Positions 51,755 to 61,312 of a stretch of DNA of 64,000 nucleotides are shown here, in pieces; the first letter of the stretch is position 1; each line of letters opens with the position of its first letter. The DNA comes from Candidatus Helarchaeota archaeon (GTDB lineage Archaea; Asgardarchaeota; Lokiarchaeia; Helarchaeales; RDOG01): the NCBI GenBank assembly GCA_019058315.1, contig JAHPZH010000002.1, positions 96,001 to 160,000 of the forward strand. The letters are read 5' to 3'. Under the pieces are notes generated by a model. It saw only the letters and a program-made list of their open reading frames with translations, was not told the origin of the DNA and ran no database searches. The translations under genes were made by a program, and so were the position numbers.

Positions 51755-53467
51755 TTAAAAAGGAGTAGCTTTTTTAAATTTAATTTGAATATCGCGATAT
51801 AGATTATGCCAATATTTAAGATATTCCCTTGTTTCATCAGAAGATATAGGTATTGGAGATTTTTTTATTAATAAATTCATTTTCTCATTAGAAGAAGATA
51901 ATTTCTTACTAAATTCGTCAGCTCTTGCCCTAAAAGTTTTTAAATTCTTTATTTCCTTGAGATTATTTAGACGCTGAATGAAATGCTTATGAAGTACTTC
52001 AGATGATTGTTGGACCGTGATTTTGAGTGATTTTTTTAATTTTTCAATTTCTTGAGGATTATTAGTAATCCAGTATTTAAATTGATCATTTTCAAGCAAT
52101 TCCCCCTTTAACTGATCCTTATTTATTAATGATACCAGCGTTTTTTTCATTTCCTCTTTATCTACACTAAATATTTCTGATAATATCTTTAAATCGACAG
52201 TAACATATTGTTTTAAAAATTGAATTAGCTTATTTACAGAATCTGGGGATTCTTCTAACCTAATAGTCTTAAAAACGGGAAGAAGTTTAATTTCTTTTAA
52301 ATTTAAATTAACATTATGTTTTTCAAATCTAATTCTATCCATAACTTGAAGTCCCTCTTCAAAAAATTCAGTGGGACTAACCATGAAATTAATAAAATCG
52401 GGATGAGCACTTAATTTAGATGCACCGCTCCATTCGATAATATTTGAATAATCTGGATGAAAACGTTTAACATTAATTTCAATGTTTATTGAGTTTCTTA
52501 AAACGTTAAGTATTCTCTCATCCATTCCTTGAAAACAAGCTCTGCCTCCTAAAATGATAGAAAGATAAAAGTCTCTTCTAATATTCCTATCAAAATTCTC
52601 CAAAATGGAACTTAGAAATTCTGGGAGAGGAAGAATGTCCTTTCCAATGAGGACAGGGTTAAAAAACATTTCTGTGACGGCGTATCGTTCAAGATCTATT
52701 AATACTCTTTTTTCATTAAAGTGAAATTCTCTTTCTAATTTCGAAATGTGGTCAAGATTTCCTTTTGTCAGATTTTCAAATTCATCACGGCTGGATGCTA
52801 CAAGACAATATCTTGAGATTTGTTCTAAAGCATAATCAGATAATACAACTCCATTTCTTGATGAAACTAGCACATCAAGGCTTTCTTTTAAATCTAACAA
52901 CGAGATATCATAGATATTTGCTTGCTGTTCAAGAATAGTTCCTTTCCACACGGGTAAAACTTGGGTAGTTGTATCGAGATAAACAATTAATCCCGTCTCT
53001 CGGTTTGTCGCTAAATAAGTTGAATAAGGTTCACTTAATAGAATTAAACCTGATGGATTAAATGTTTCAAAAATAATTTTTGCTAAGTCTTGGATGAATT
53101 GATTTGGTACAAATAAGGGGTGAGTAACGACATAATACTGCCGTCCCTTAATATCTAATAAATTAAAAATAATATTTGCCAAAAGTTTTGACAATAATTC
53201 TCTATTAATATTATAATCTAAATCAATAGGTCGAATTAATTTTAAATTAAAACGATTATCAATTGCTTCTTTCCCAAAATAAATTTCTTTAGTCAATTTA
53301 ACGTCTTTAAAATAAAGCTGCTTCATTACTTCATCTAAATGGCTCTGTGATGGGATTCCAACTATATTTGGCATAATTAGCCTGGGTTTTTCTTCCCCTG
53401 AAAAACCAACTTTGATATACTCTAAATTAATATCTAAAATGATAACCTTTGACACTAGTTTCACCAT
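51755..53467 (-). CDS. Divergent actin-related protein with C-terminal PCI/winged-helix-like extension
   Basis: IKVGFSGEEKPR..PNIVG, YFGKEA..LKLIRPI, ERYAVTEMFFNP, IRRDFYLSIILGG, WSGAS. Confidence 0.85.
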   Translation of the reverse strand: MVKLVSKVIILDINLEYIKVGFSGEEKPRLIMPNIVGIPSQSHLDEVMKQLYFKDVKLTKEIYFGKEAIDNRFNLKLIRPIDLDYNINRELLSKLLANIIFNLLDIKGRQYYVVTHPLFVPNQFIQDLAKIIFETFNPSGLILLSEPYSTYLATNRETGLIVYLDTTTQVLPVWKGTILEQQANIYDISLLDLKESLDVLVSSRNGVVLSDYALEQISRYCLVASSRDEFENLTKGNLDHISKLEREFHFNEKRVLIDLERYAVTEMFFNPVLIGKDILPLPEFLSSILENFDRNIRRDFYLSIILGGRACFQGMDERILNVLRNSINIEINVKRFHPDYSNIIEWSGASKLSAHPDFINFMVSPTEFFEEGLQVMDRIRFEKHNVNLNLKEIKLLPVFKTIRLEESPDSVNKLIQFLKQYVTVDLKILSEIFSVDKEEMKKTLVSLINKDQLKGELLENDQFKYWITNNPQEIEKLKKSLKITVQQSSEVLHKHFIQRLNNLKEIKNLKTFRARADEFSKKLSSSNEKMNLLIKKSPIPISSDETREYLKYWHNLYRDIQIKFKKATPF

Positions 53468-53594
53468 AATTATGAAATCAAATCATTAATGAGTATTTTT
53501 ATCTTTTTATATTGTCCTTGTTTATGTACAACTCCTTTAATTATTCTGATTTCGATTGAATTTAAAAAAAATTTGAAAAAAAATAAAAAAAAAT

Positions 53595-54740
53595 TTAGCG
53601 TTTTAGAATATGCACACAAGAAACGGAACCAGTTGCTCCTCTACCAAGCCCGATATTATGTTGTAATCCTACATCTACGTCTGAAATTTGAACTTTACCC
53701 GCAGTCCCTCGTAATTGTTCGTAAATTTCAGCTATTTGAGCAACTCCTGAAGCGCCAATTGGATGTCCTTTAGCAATCAACCCTCCGCTTGGATTCATAG
53801 GTAAGGATCCACTTAATTCAACTATACCTTCTTCTAAAAGTAAATGACCTTCACCTTTCTTTGCAAAACCAAGATCTTCGTAGTCTAATATCTCGGTTAT
53901 AGTAAAACAATCATGGATTTCTGCTACTTTAATGTCTTTGGGTTCTAAACCTGCCATTTTATAAGCTTGTTTTCCGGCAATTACACTTGCAGGAAAGCCC
54001 GACAAATTTTCATCATTATGACGCATCCAACTATCGACGCTCAAACCCGAACCTGCTACGTAAACAGGTGTGTCAGTATATTTTTTTGCTTTTTCTGCAC
54101 TAGTAATTAGGACACAACATGCACCATCGGTTACTGGACAGCAATCATACAATCCTAAAGGCCAAGATACGATTGGGGCTTTTAAAACTTTATCGATTGT
54201 TGTTTCAAATCTGTAATGTGCATATGGATAGAGAGAACCATTATGATGGTTTTTTACACTAACCATTGCTAAATGCTCTCGTGTTGAACCATAAAGATGC
54301 ATGTGCCTTGTACCTCGTAAGGCGAAAAATGCTGGCATAGTTCGAGCTCTTGCTCTCCAAATATCTGCCATAGCGGCTATTGCAATAAGTCCACCTGATG
54401 CATCTCTCATTTTTTCAACTCCGCATACCAATGCGACATCAATTACACCCGATGCAACTGCAAAACAAGCATTTCTAAAAGCATCGCTTCCAGTAGCGCA
54501 TCCATTTTCATTTCGAGATATTCCTATGTCCCATAAGGAGGTGGGCATACTCAAGGCGGCTCCCGACATTCCTCTTGCAGATCCTAACCATCCTGCTTCA
54601 ATTTCTTTTGGGTCAATTCCATTATCGACAGATTTCAAACAATTCAAATACGCTTCTTCAATCATATCATCAAAACTTTTTTCAAATAGTTCGCCAAATT
54701 TAATCATTCCAGCACCAATAACAGCTACTTTTCCTTTCAT
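53595..54740 (-). CDS. Thiolase (archaeal/SCP2-type)
   Basis: ENGCATG, DCCPVTDGA, EIHDCF, KGHPIGASG. Confidence 0.93.
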   Translation of the reverse strand: MKGKVAVIGAGMIKFGELFEKSFDDMIEEAYLNCLKSVDNGIDPKEIEAGWLGSARGMSGAALSMPTSLWDIGISRNENGCATGSDAFRNACFAVASGVIDVALVCGVEKMRDASGGLIAIAAMADIWRARARTMPAFFALRGTRHMHLYGSTREHLAMVSVKNHHNGSLYPYAHYRFETTIDKVLKAPIVSWPLGLYDCCPVTDGACCVLITSAEKAKKYTDTPVYVAGSGLSVDSWMRHNDENLSGFPASVIAGKQAYKMAGLEPKDIKVAEIHDCFTITEILDYEDLGFAKKGEGHLLLEEGIVELSGSLPMNPSGGLIAKGHPIGASGVAQIAEIYEQLRGTAGKVQISDVDVGLQHNIGLGRGATGSVSCVHILKR

Positions 54741-54744
54741 TTTA

Positions 54745-55137
54745 TCACTCCCTTATTGGTTTAAATTTAATAGAATGAATTCCAAGACCTCTATCATAAT
54801 ATATTTCACGAAAATCTACCTCTACTCGAAGCCCTACTTTCATTTCTTCCGGTTTTGTTTCAGTAAGCATACCATACACTCTGCCTCCTGGTGGGTCTAA
54901 ATCAACTATTGCTAAAGGAAGCGGAGTTTCAAATGCTGCAGGTAAATAATGTTGAATTATGTAAGTCATTACGGAACCAGTTTTCGCTAATTTAACAGTT
55001 TCCCATTGGTCTACTGTTCCACATTTTACACAAATTTTGTGGTATTCTGGATAAGAAACATATCCACATGATTTACACTTTTTGCCTTCTAGTTTCAGAT
55101 TTATGTTGGTTTCACGCCAAAGAGGAGGTGTACTCAT
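54745..55137 (-). CDS. DUF35 zinc-ribbon/OB-fold protein
   Basis: CKSC..CVKC plus OB fold. Confidence 0.92.
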   Translation of the reverse strand: MSTPPLWRETNINLKLEGKKCKSCGYVSYPEYHKICVKCGTVDQWETVKLAKTGSVMTYIIQHYLPAAFETPLPLAIVDLDPPGGRVYGMLTETKPEEMKVGLRVEVDFREIYYDRGLGIHSIKFKPIRE

Positions 55138-55157
55138 TTACATCATATCTCCTATTA

Positions 55158-56204
55158 TTATTCATATTTTTCTATTACTCCATTATATTTTAAATGTGTA
55201 CTATAATTAACATATTCTTTCTTTTTGGAAAAGGATTTTACAGGTGTAATTTTATCGCGTTTAGAATCGATTTTATCAGTTACCTTTATACTTAAAGCAT
55301 CGCTTCCTCCAGAACCATATGATATCGTTAATATAGTATCATTTGCTCCTGCTTGATCGAGAATATCCGCCAAACCAACAGGTATACATCCACAACCTAT
55401 GTCCCCAAATTTTCCGATAATAGAACCTGGAGCCATTAATTTTTTCATTAAATCTTGTTTTGGGACTCCAAGCTTCCCTAAGGTCCTTTGAACCCATTGG
55501 GCATGAGGTTGCTGTAATAATATATGTGTATAGTCCTTTCGATTCATTTGTTCCATTAATTTTAGTCCAATTTTACTGATATTAGCAATATAACCATAAT
55601 CTCTAATGAAACGACCATCTCCTAATCGTGGATAACGATCTTGGAGGCTTCGCCATCTAGACTTAACCGAAGAATTAATCGAGGCTACACCTTCAATATC
55701 TGCTATGGTATCATTTTCACCTATAATCAGGGCACCAGCTCCTGCAGCAGATATGTATTCGGATCCAGCTGAAGTAATGGGAGATCCTGGACCTCCAACA
55801 AGAATATCTGATCCAACAATTAATCCATTTTTAATTCGTCCAGATTTTATTGCATCCATGCATAAAATTATTGCAGAGGTTACTGATCTAGGAGAACCAT
55901 TTAAATCACCAATCGTAATGTCTGCTTTGGTGTCAATTCCTATAGCTATGTCCTGAGCTAAGGATGATTCGATCATTCCAGAAATTGAACAAAAAAACAC
56001 TGCACCAATTTCTTCTGGATTTATATTTGCATGATTCATAGCGTTCATAGTAGCATTATAACCCAAACTTAGCGTAGTTTCATCATGGGAAGGTACTGTT
56101 TTTTCTCCTGGAACTTTGATATCTAAATTCCAAGCTTTCGCAATATCAACAAATTTTATTCTGTAATACGGAAGATAAACACCGTATCCAACTATTCCAA
56201 CCAT
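55158..56204 (-). CDS. HMG-CoA synthase-like protein lacking the catalytic Cys
   Basis: GIVGYGVYLPYYRI, AAGAGALIIG, SYGSGGSDA; DLNGSPRS at the Cys position. Confidence 0.8.
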   Translation of the reverse strand: MVGIVGYGVYLPYYRIKFVDIAKAWNLDIKVPGEKTVPSHDETTLSLGYNATMNAMNHANINPEEIGAVFFCSISGMIESSLAQDIAIGIDTKADITIGDLNGSPRSVTSAIILCMDAIKSGRIKNGLIVGSDILVGGPGSPITSAGSEYISAAGAGALIIGENDTIADIEGVASINSSVKSRWRSLQDRYPRLGDGRFIRDYGYIANISKIGLKLMEQMNRKDYTHILLQQPHAQWVQRTLGKLGVPKQDLMKKLMAPGSIIGKFGDIGCGCIPVGLADILDQAGANDTILTISYGSGGSDALSIKVTDKIDSKRDKITPVKSFSKKKEYVNYSTHLKYNGVIEKYE

Positions 56205-56342
56205 ATTTAAACCTCATTTTATTAGTTTTTTTTAATTTAAAAGAAATTAAAAGATAAATGTATAAAAGAAATTTTAAAGTTTTTCTAATTTTTTTAAACG
56301 ATAATTTATATTTTTTTAAAAATAATTCTTAGTAAAATTGTC

Positions 56343-57197
56343 TTATTTCTTTGTTTTTCTAATTTTAGTTTTTCTTTTTCGTTTGGTTTTACTTTTCTTT
56401 CCTTTAGAAATACTTTTTTTCAGCTTGACTCGTTTTTTTTTTGTTTTTTGAGTTTTTGGAATTATTTTTGTCACATTATATTTTTGTTTAAAATCATCAC
56501 TTGAATCCTTTGCTTTTTTTTCGATTGTTTTAGGCGTTTCTTGGATTTTTTCCTGTCTTTTTTTGACTTTTTCAAGCTTCTTTTCTTTTTTATCTTCAAC
56601 TACTTTTCCTTCAACAGCTTTTAGATGTTGATTCTTAGTTAAAAATTCAACTGCTTCAACTTTACCATGTTTTACAAATAACCTAGAAACATAATTTTCA
56701 GGAAGAAATATTACCCCTTCTGGTAAAAATTCGGATGGTTCGAATTTATGAGTTTTTGTATCCATAACTTTAACTTCAACTGAAACATAAAATCTGTCAT
56801 TAATTATTACTGCCTCTCTCTTGCAATCTGCGGGAATATCTTTATTTTGTAAAACTTTTTGTTGAATCTTGATATGCTCTAAGGTAGGTGCATCAGGTCT
56901 ATATGTTTTTCTAATAGGCTCAGACAAAATCTCTTTGAAATTTTTTGGTTCATCACCAGAATCGACAGTCTTGACGCTATATGCTAATTGTCGATCGCTT
57001 AAAATACTGCGTGAGCTTCTAGCTCCTGCGAACTTCTTTCTCACATTACTACATTTATTCCCTATCCAGATCCAGCATATTTTCCAGTCATGGCTCAATA
57101 TAATATAAACATTTTCTTCCTTTAACGCTTCTTTTAAGGTATTCCCCTCAGTTACTAGCTCATAATCACCAGTATCTTGGATATCAAAAACTTCCAT
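56343..57197 (-). CDS. Single gelsolin-domain protein with Lys-rich tail
   Basis: VYIILS..CWIWIG..VRKKFAGAR..VDSGDEPKNF. Confidence 0.8.
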   Translation of the reverse strand: MEVFDIQDTGDYELVTEGNTLKEALKEENVYIILSHDWKICWIWIGNKCSNVRKKFAGARSSRSILSDRQLAYSVKTVDSGDEPKNFKEILSEPIRKTYRPDAPTLEHIKIQQKVLQNKDIPADCKREAVIINDRFYVSVEVKVMDTKTHKFEPSEFLPEGVIFLPENYVSRLFVKHGKVEAVEFLTKNQHLKAVEGKVVEDKKEKKLEKVKKRQEKIQETPKTIEKKAKDSSDDFKQKYNVTKIIPKTQKTKKKRVKLKKSISKGKKSKTKRKRKTKIRKTKK

Positions 57198-57409
57198 AAA
57201 TAATCATCTAAGTATTTTTTTGATATTTGTAAATTTGAAAATTATTATGATAAATAATCATCTCTGTTTTTTTAAGATTTTTACAATTTGTCATGAATTT
57301 CATGATGATATTCTTAATAAAAAAATACAATTTTTAAGAGGTTTGTAATCTTTACATTTTATCATTGTAAATTCATAATAAATTATTCACAAATACAATA
57401 TTTTAAAGT

Positions 57410-57515
57410 AAAAAAAAGGGTGGATTTAGCTTCATTCAGTTAGATATTATCTGAATATTTTTGAGGGAAGAAATATGGCAAAGCACTCAAATAATAATAA
57501 ACGAAGCTAAATCTA
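57410..57515 (-). ncRNA. Candidate three-way-junction RNA followed by a T-tract
   Basis: 13-bp closing stem 57421-57433/57503-57515, two inner hairpins, T8 run 3' on the minus strand. Confidence 0.4.
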
Positions 57516-57641
57516 TACAACATATATAAAATCGAATTATTAAATATTTTTGAGTAAGTAAAAAAAATTTGTAATGAAATTATAAATGATGAAATAGATC
57601 TTAGGCTCGTCAATTTAAGGAAAAATCAAGAGGAAATTAAC

Positions 57642-58043
57642 GTGAAAAATCAAATTTTGGGCATCTTGAAGCAATTAAGAGCGAAATCAGGTATTAGGGT
57701 AAGTATGCTAGTAGGTTTTGATGGGAAAATTATAAGTATACATGAAGATGCGGTTTATGTACCTAAAAGTTTAAGAATTTCAAAAACTGAAATAGACAAA
57801 GAATATTTTACAAAGTGGTCTATCAGTTTGATACGAACACTTGAGTTTGTCTCTGAAAAGCTATTCAAAGATGGAATTAATAACATAATTCTTGAAGGTT
57901 ATAATAATACACGAGCCATATTATTCAATATAAAAGGTAAGGCAATTTTAATCGGAATATTAACAGAAAATGGAAGTTTGGGTCTCGCATATCAAGCTAT
58001 GGCGGAATGTGTCGAAAAAATAACACCAATCTTAGGAAAATAG
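57642..58043 (+). CDS. Roadblock/LC7 (MglB-like) protein
   Basis: SMLVGFDGKII, IILEG, SLGLAY. Confidence 0.8.
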   Translation: MKNQILGILKQLRAKSGIRVSMLVGFDGKIISIHEDAVYVPKSLRISKTEIDKEYFTKWSISLIRTLEFVSEKLFKDGINNIILEGYNNTRAILFNIKGKAILIGILTENGSLGLAYQAMAECVEKITPILGK

Positions 58044-58129
58044 ATTAATATCCATAAGAATAAAGTTCCTAACAAACTTTATGCAATTTTAAAAGTAGAT
58101 AAAATAAATTTATTGTTATTAAATGATAT

Positions 58130-58531
58130 TTAATCCTTCTTTCTTCTACTAAACAATGCTTTTAATTCGGAATTTATAGCTGATCGTGCGCTCATCGGAC
58201 TTAAAGGTCTTGGTGCTGGTTTCGGAGCTGCTGGTTTAATTATAGGAGCTTGAGGACCCGGGGCAGGGGAAACTATTGGTTTACCGCTTGGAGTCACTCC
58301 TGTAGCTTTTATTTGTTGAATTTCTTGAACAATTCGTGTCTGAGCACCTTGTAAATTTGTAAAGTTATATTCAATATTTGCGATTTTTTGGTTTATATCA
58401 TCTATTGCAGAAACTACAATAGCCATAACTTTTGTGAGTATATCTGAAATTTCATTTATTTGTTCTTCTAATGGTTCTTCTCTTAATTTATCCATGAAGT
58501 CTGCAAATTCCTTACTCAAGTTCAAAACCAA
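58130..58531 (-). CDS. Coiled coil + Pro-rich linker + WH2/FAB-like C-terminal helix
   Basis: PAPGPQAP..PKPAPRPLSP followed by ARSAINSELKALFSRRKKD. Confidence 0.75.
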   Translation of the reverse strand: MVLNLSKEFADFMDKLREEPLEEQINEISDILTKVMAIVVSAIDDINQKIANIEYNFTNLQGAQTRIVQEIQQIKATGVTPSGKPIVSPAPGPQAPIIKPAAPKPAPRPLSPMSARSAINSELKALFSRRKKD

Positions 58532-58684
58532 CTTTTATTAATTAGCTTTAGACTTTACTAATATATTTTTATTAACCTTTTTTTAGATAATTTATTTTCA
58601 ATTAAAATATAAAAACCATCATATAATATATTTTTGTTATTGATAGAATAATTTTTAAAGGATGAATTGAGAGTTTTAAAAATC

Positions 58685-59329
58685 TTATTTTTGATCTAGC
58701 ATTTTTTCTAATTCTTTAATTCTATTATCTTTTTCCTTTATTTTTTGTTTCCAGACCTCTTCCATTTTTTTTAATCTGCCTTCCGTTTCTAAAATATATT
58801 CTTGTGATTTTTCCAATTCTTTTAATTTACTAGATTCTTTTTCTAATTTTTCTATATAAATTTCTTTTTCAGCCCATTCCTCTTTTAATTTTTCGACATG
58901 AACACGTACTGCATTTAATTTTTGCTCTTGTTCCTTAATAATTTTCTCTTTTTCATTAACAATTTGTTCCCAGTCTTTCATGCCTGCCTTTTCAATTTGT
59001 CTTTGCAGTTTTTGAATTGCTAAAAATTTATCTTTAATAACTTGTTTCATTTCCTTCTCGTGCTCAATCTCTTGATTTTTCAATTTTTTTTCTAACTCTT
59101 CAATCTGTTTTAATTGAGCTTCATTAGAAAGATTTGTTTCAGTTCCTGATCCTTTAATGGTTTTTTCTATACCCCTAGCTTCAAGATCTCTTTTTAAATC
59201 ATTAATTTGATTTTTTTGTTCAATAATAAGTTCTTGTTGTTTCTCTATTACACCATTTTGATGCAATATTGTTTTTTGCTGTTCAAGAATCATTTTCTGT
59301 TTCTCTTTAATTGTTTGTTCTAAGCTCAA
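58685..59329 (-). CDS. Coiled-coil protein
   Basis: Continuous E/K/Q heptads. Confidence 0.7.
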   Translation of the reverse strand: MSLEQTIKEKQKMILEQQKTILHQNGVIEKQQELIIEQKNQINDLKRDLEARGIEKTIKGSGTETNLSNEAQLKQIEELEKKLKNQEIEHEKEMKQVIKDKFLAIQKLQRQIEKAGMKDWEQIVNEKEKIIKEQEQKLNAVRVHVEKLKEEWAEKEIYIEKLEKESSKLKELEKSQEYILETEGRLKKMEEVWKQKIKEKDNRIKELEKMLDQK

Positions 59330-59485
59330 ATTTATCCCTGATTTGTTTATTCGCTAAAAAATAAAATTTCAAGAAGAATATTTTTTTAATTGCAATTAAA
59401 TATGAAAATAACTATAATTAATAACCTACATTATAAAATAACTTTTGATTAAATTATTCAAATCTATTTAGGAAAGTGAAATCAA

Positions 59486-60373
59486 ATGTCATCTGAAAAA
59501 GAAAGATTAGAAAAAGTGAAGCGTGCTAGTTTTAAGGAATCAAGATTCTTTGAAGGAACTATAAAGGCGTTTGATCATCGATTAATTATTATGGTTAATG
59601 AACAATTTAGTGGATTTTATAATAGTTTAAAAAAATTAGGATTAAAAAATGCTAACGCTATTATAAAAAAATTTGGGTACGATCTTGGTCTTGAGATGTC
59701 AAAACGGATATCTGATAGAATTTTAGACGAAAAAATTGGTTTAGAATATTTTCTTACAATGTTAAATAAAGCCGGTTATGGGAAATTTTGGCATTTAAAC
59801 TTTACAGATGAAAATATATCAGTTGAGTTACATAATTCTCCAGAGGCTTACGAAAATAATTCTCCTTCTTGTTATTATTTCGCAGGGATTTTAGAAGGTG
59901 CAGGAGAGCATTATTTTAAAGAAAAGGTAAAGGTTGTTGAAAAAAGTTGTATTTCAAGAGCGGATCGTTTTTGTGAATTTTTAATTATGAAAAGAAATAA
60001 ATTTGATGAAGAAATTCCTAAAAAAGCAGAACTAGAATTAATCCTAAAAGATTTTGATAAAACCGCGAAATCTAAAGGAAGTTTAATAATGGATTATAGC
60101 GGTAATATACTAGTTCATAGTGTCCAAAAAAAAATTGATATAGATAATTATTCACTTCTTCTCTCAACTATTTTAACGTCAAGTAATGCTACCTCGAGAT
60201 ACTTAACAGGAGAATACATTCAAACAATTATAAATTGTTCTGAAGGAAATATTATGACAATGCCTGCCAAAGATAAAGCTTTTCTTATTGCAATTCTTGA
60301 TAAGCATTCCTCCGCAAACTTAATTGGAATTGCTATGAAACAAGCAGTTGATAAAATTTTAAAAGTATTATAA
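59486..60373 (+). CDS. V4R domain + roadblock fusion
   Basis: GYG, NSPEA, CYYFAGILEG, EKSC..CEF; then IMDYSG..NLIG. Confidence 0.82.
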   Translation: MSSEKERLEKVKRASFKESRFFEGTIKAFDHRLIIMVNEQFSGFYNSLKKLGLKNANAIIKKFGYDLGLEMSKRISDRILDEKIGLEYFLTMLNKAGYGKFWHLNFTDENISVELHNSPEAYENNSPSCYYFAGILEGAGEHYFKEKVKVVEKSCISRADRFCEFLIMKRNKFDEEIPKKAELELILKDFDKTAKSKGSLIMDYSGNILVHSVQKKIDIDNYSLLLSTILTSSNATSRYLTGEYIQTIINCSEGNIMTMPAKDKAFLIAILDKHSSANLIGIAMKQAVDKILKVL

Positions 60374-60496
60374 AAAGTGCATTTCTACAAGAATTCAATT
60401 AAATTACTTTTTTATTTTAAATAAATCTTAATTGTTTTGGATTTTATTATGCTAATTACTCATTAAGAAGACTATTTATGATTAAGAAAGAAATAT

Positions 60497-61255
60497 GTGT
60501 TCATAATGTTTGATAAACCTAAAGAATTTGAGTTAAAGATTTTATTTAAAATAAATTCTATTGAATCAAAATATGTAGAAATTATTTTTCGACTTATGGG
60601 ATATTTCGGACATTTATTTTTTTGGTATATAGTCGTTGGATATTTTGGTTTACTCGGGTTAAATACCCCAAGTATTCTTTTAAGATTTGGTTGGGGACTA
60701 GAGCCTTATATTATAGCTTCACTTATAATTATTGGTTTAGGGATTGACGCACTTTCCTCAAACATATTACAATACATGTTTAAAAGAAAAAGACCTTTTA
60801 AAACTATTGATTTATCAGAAAATAATTTTAAAGTCCGCAGTTATGAACTTACACCCTCTTTTCCTTCTGCACATACTCATAGAGCATTCTTTGCAGTGAC
60901 ATTATTGGTTTGGGGATTATCTGAATTAACTATTCTACTCTATATTTTTTCTTGTATTGTAGGAATAAGTAGGTTGTATTTAGGGGCCCACTATCCTTTA
61001 GATGTTATTTTTGGAGGAATCTTTGGAATATCAGTCGCTACAATTTATTACTTCATTTCAAAACCATTGGTTTATTGGTTAGCTACCGAAATGGCAAGTG
61101 TTAGCACAGAAATAAGTACCTTTGAAATGTTGATTCTTGGTATAATATTTTTTGTGGTTACTTCTATTAGTTTTTATTTCTATATACGATTTCGTAGACG
61201 TTATAAGGAAAAAATGAAGGGCAAATATGAACAGGATATAACAAAATCAAATTAA
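60497..61255 (+). CDS. PAP2-family phosphatase
   Basis: KRKRP, SFPSAH, SRLYLGAHYPLDV. Confidence 0.9.
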   Translation: MFIMFDKPKEFELKILFKINSIESKYVEIIFRLMGYFGHLFFWYIVVGYFGLLGLNTPSILLRFGWGLEPYIIASLIIIGLGIDALSSNILQYMFKRKRPFKTIDLSENNFKVRSYELTPSFPSAHTHRAFFAVTLLVWGLSELTILLYIFSCIVGISRLYLGAHYPLDVIFGGIFGISVATIYYFISKPLVYWLATEMASVSTEISTFEMLILGIIFFVVTSISFYFYIRFRRRYKEKMKGKYEQDITKSN

Positions 61256-61312
61256 TTTTAAAAAATAAGTATATTATGCCTTAAAATTAAAAAAAATAAG
61301 TTTAGATAGATT

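Noticed and set aside
54301-54900. 199-aa plus-strand ORF and similar antisense ORFs elsewhere
   Set aside because: Shadows of well-supported genes on the opposite strand
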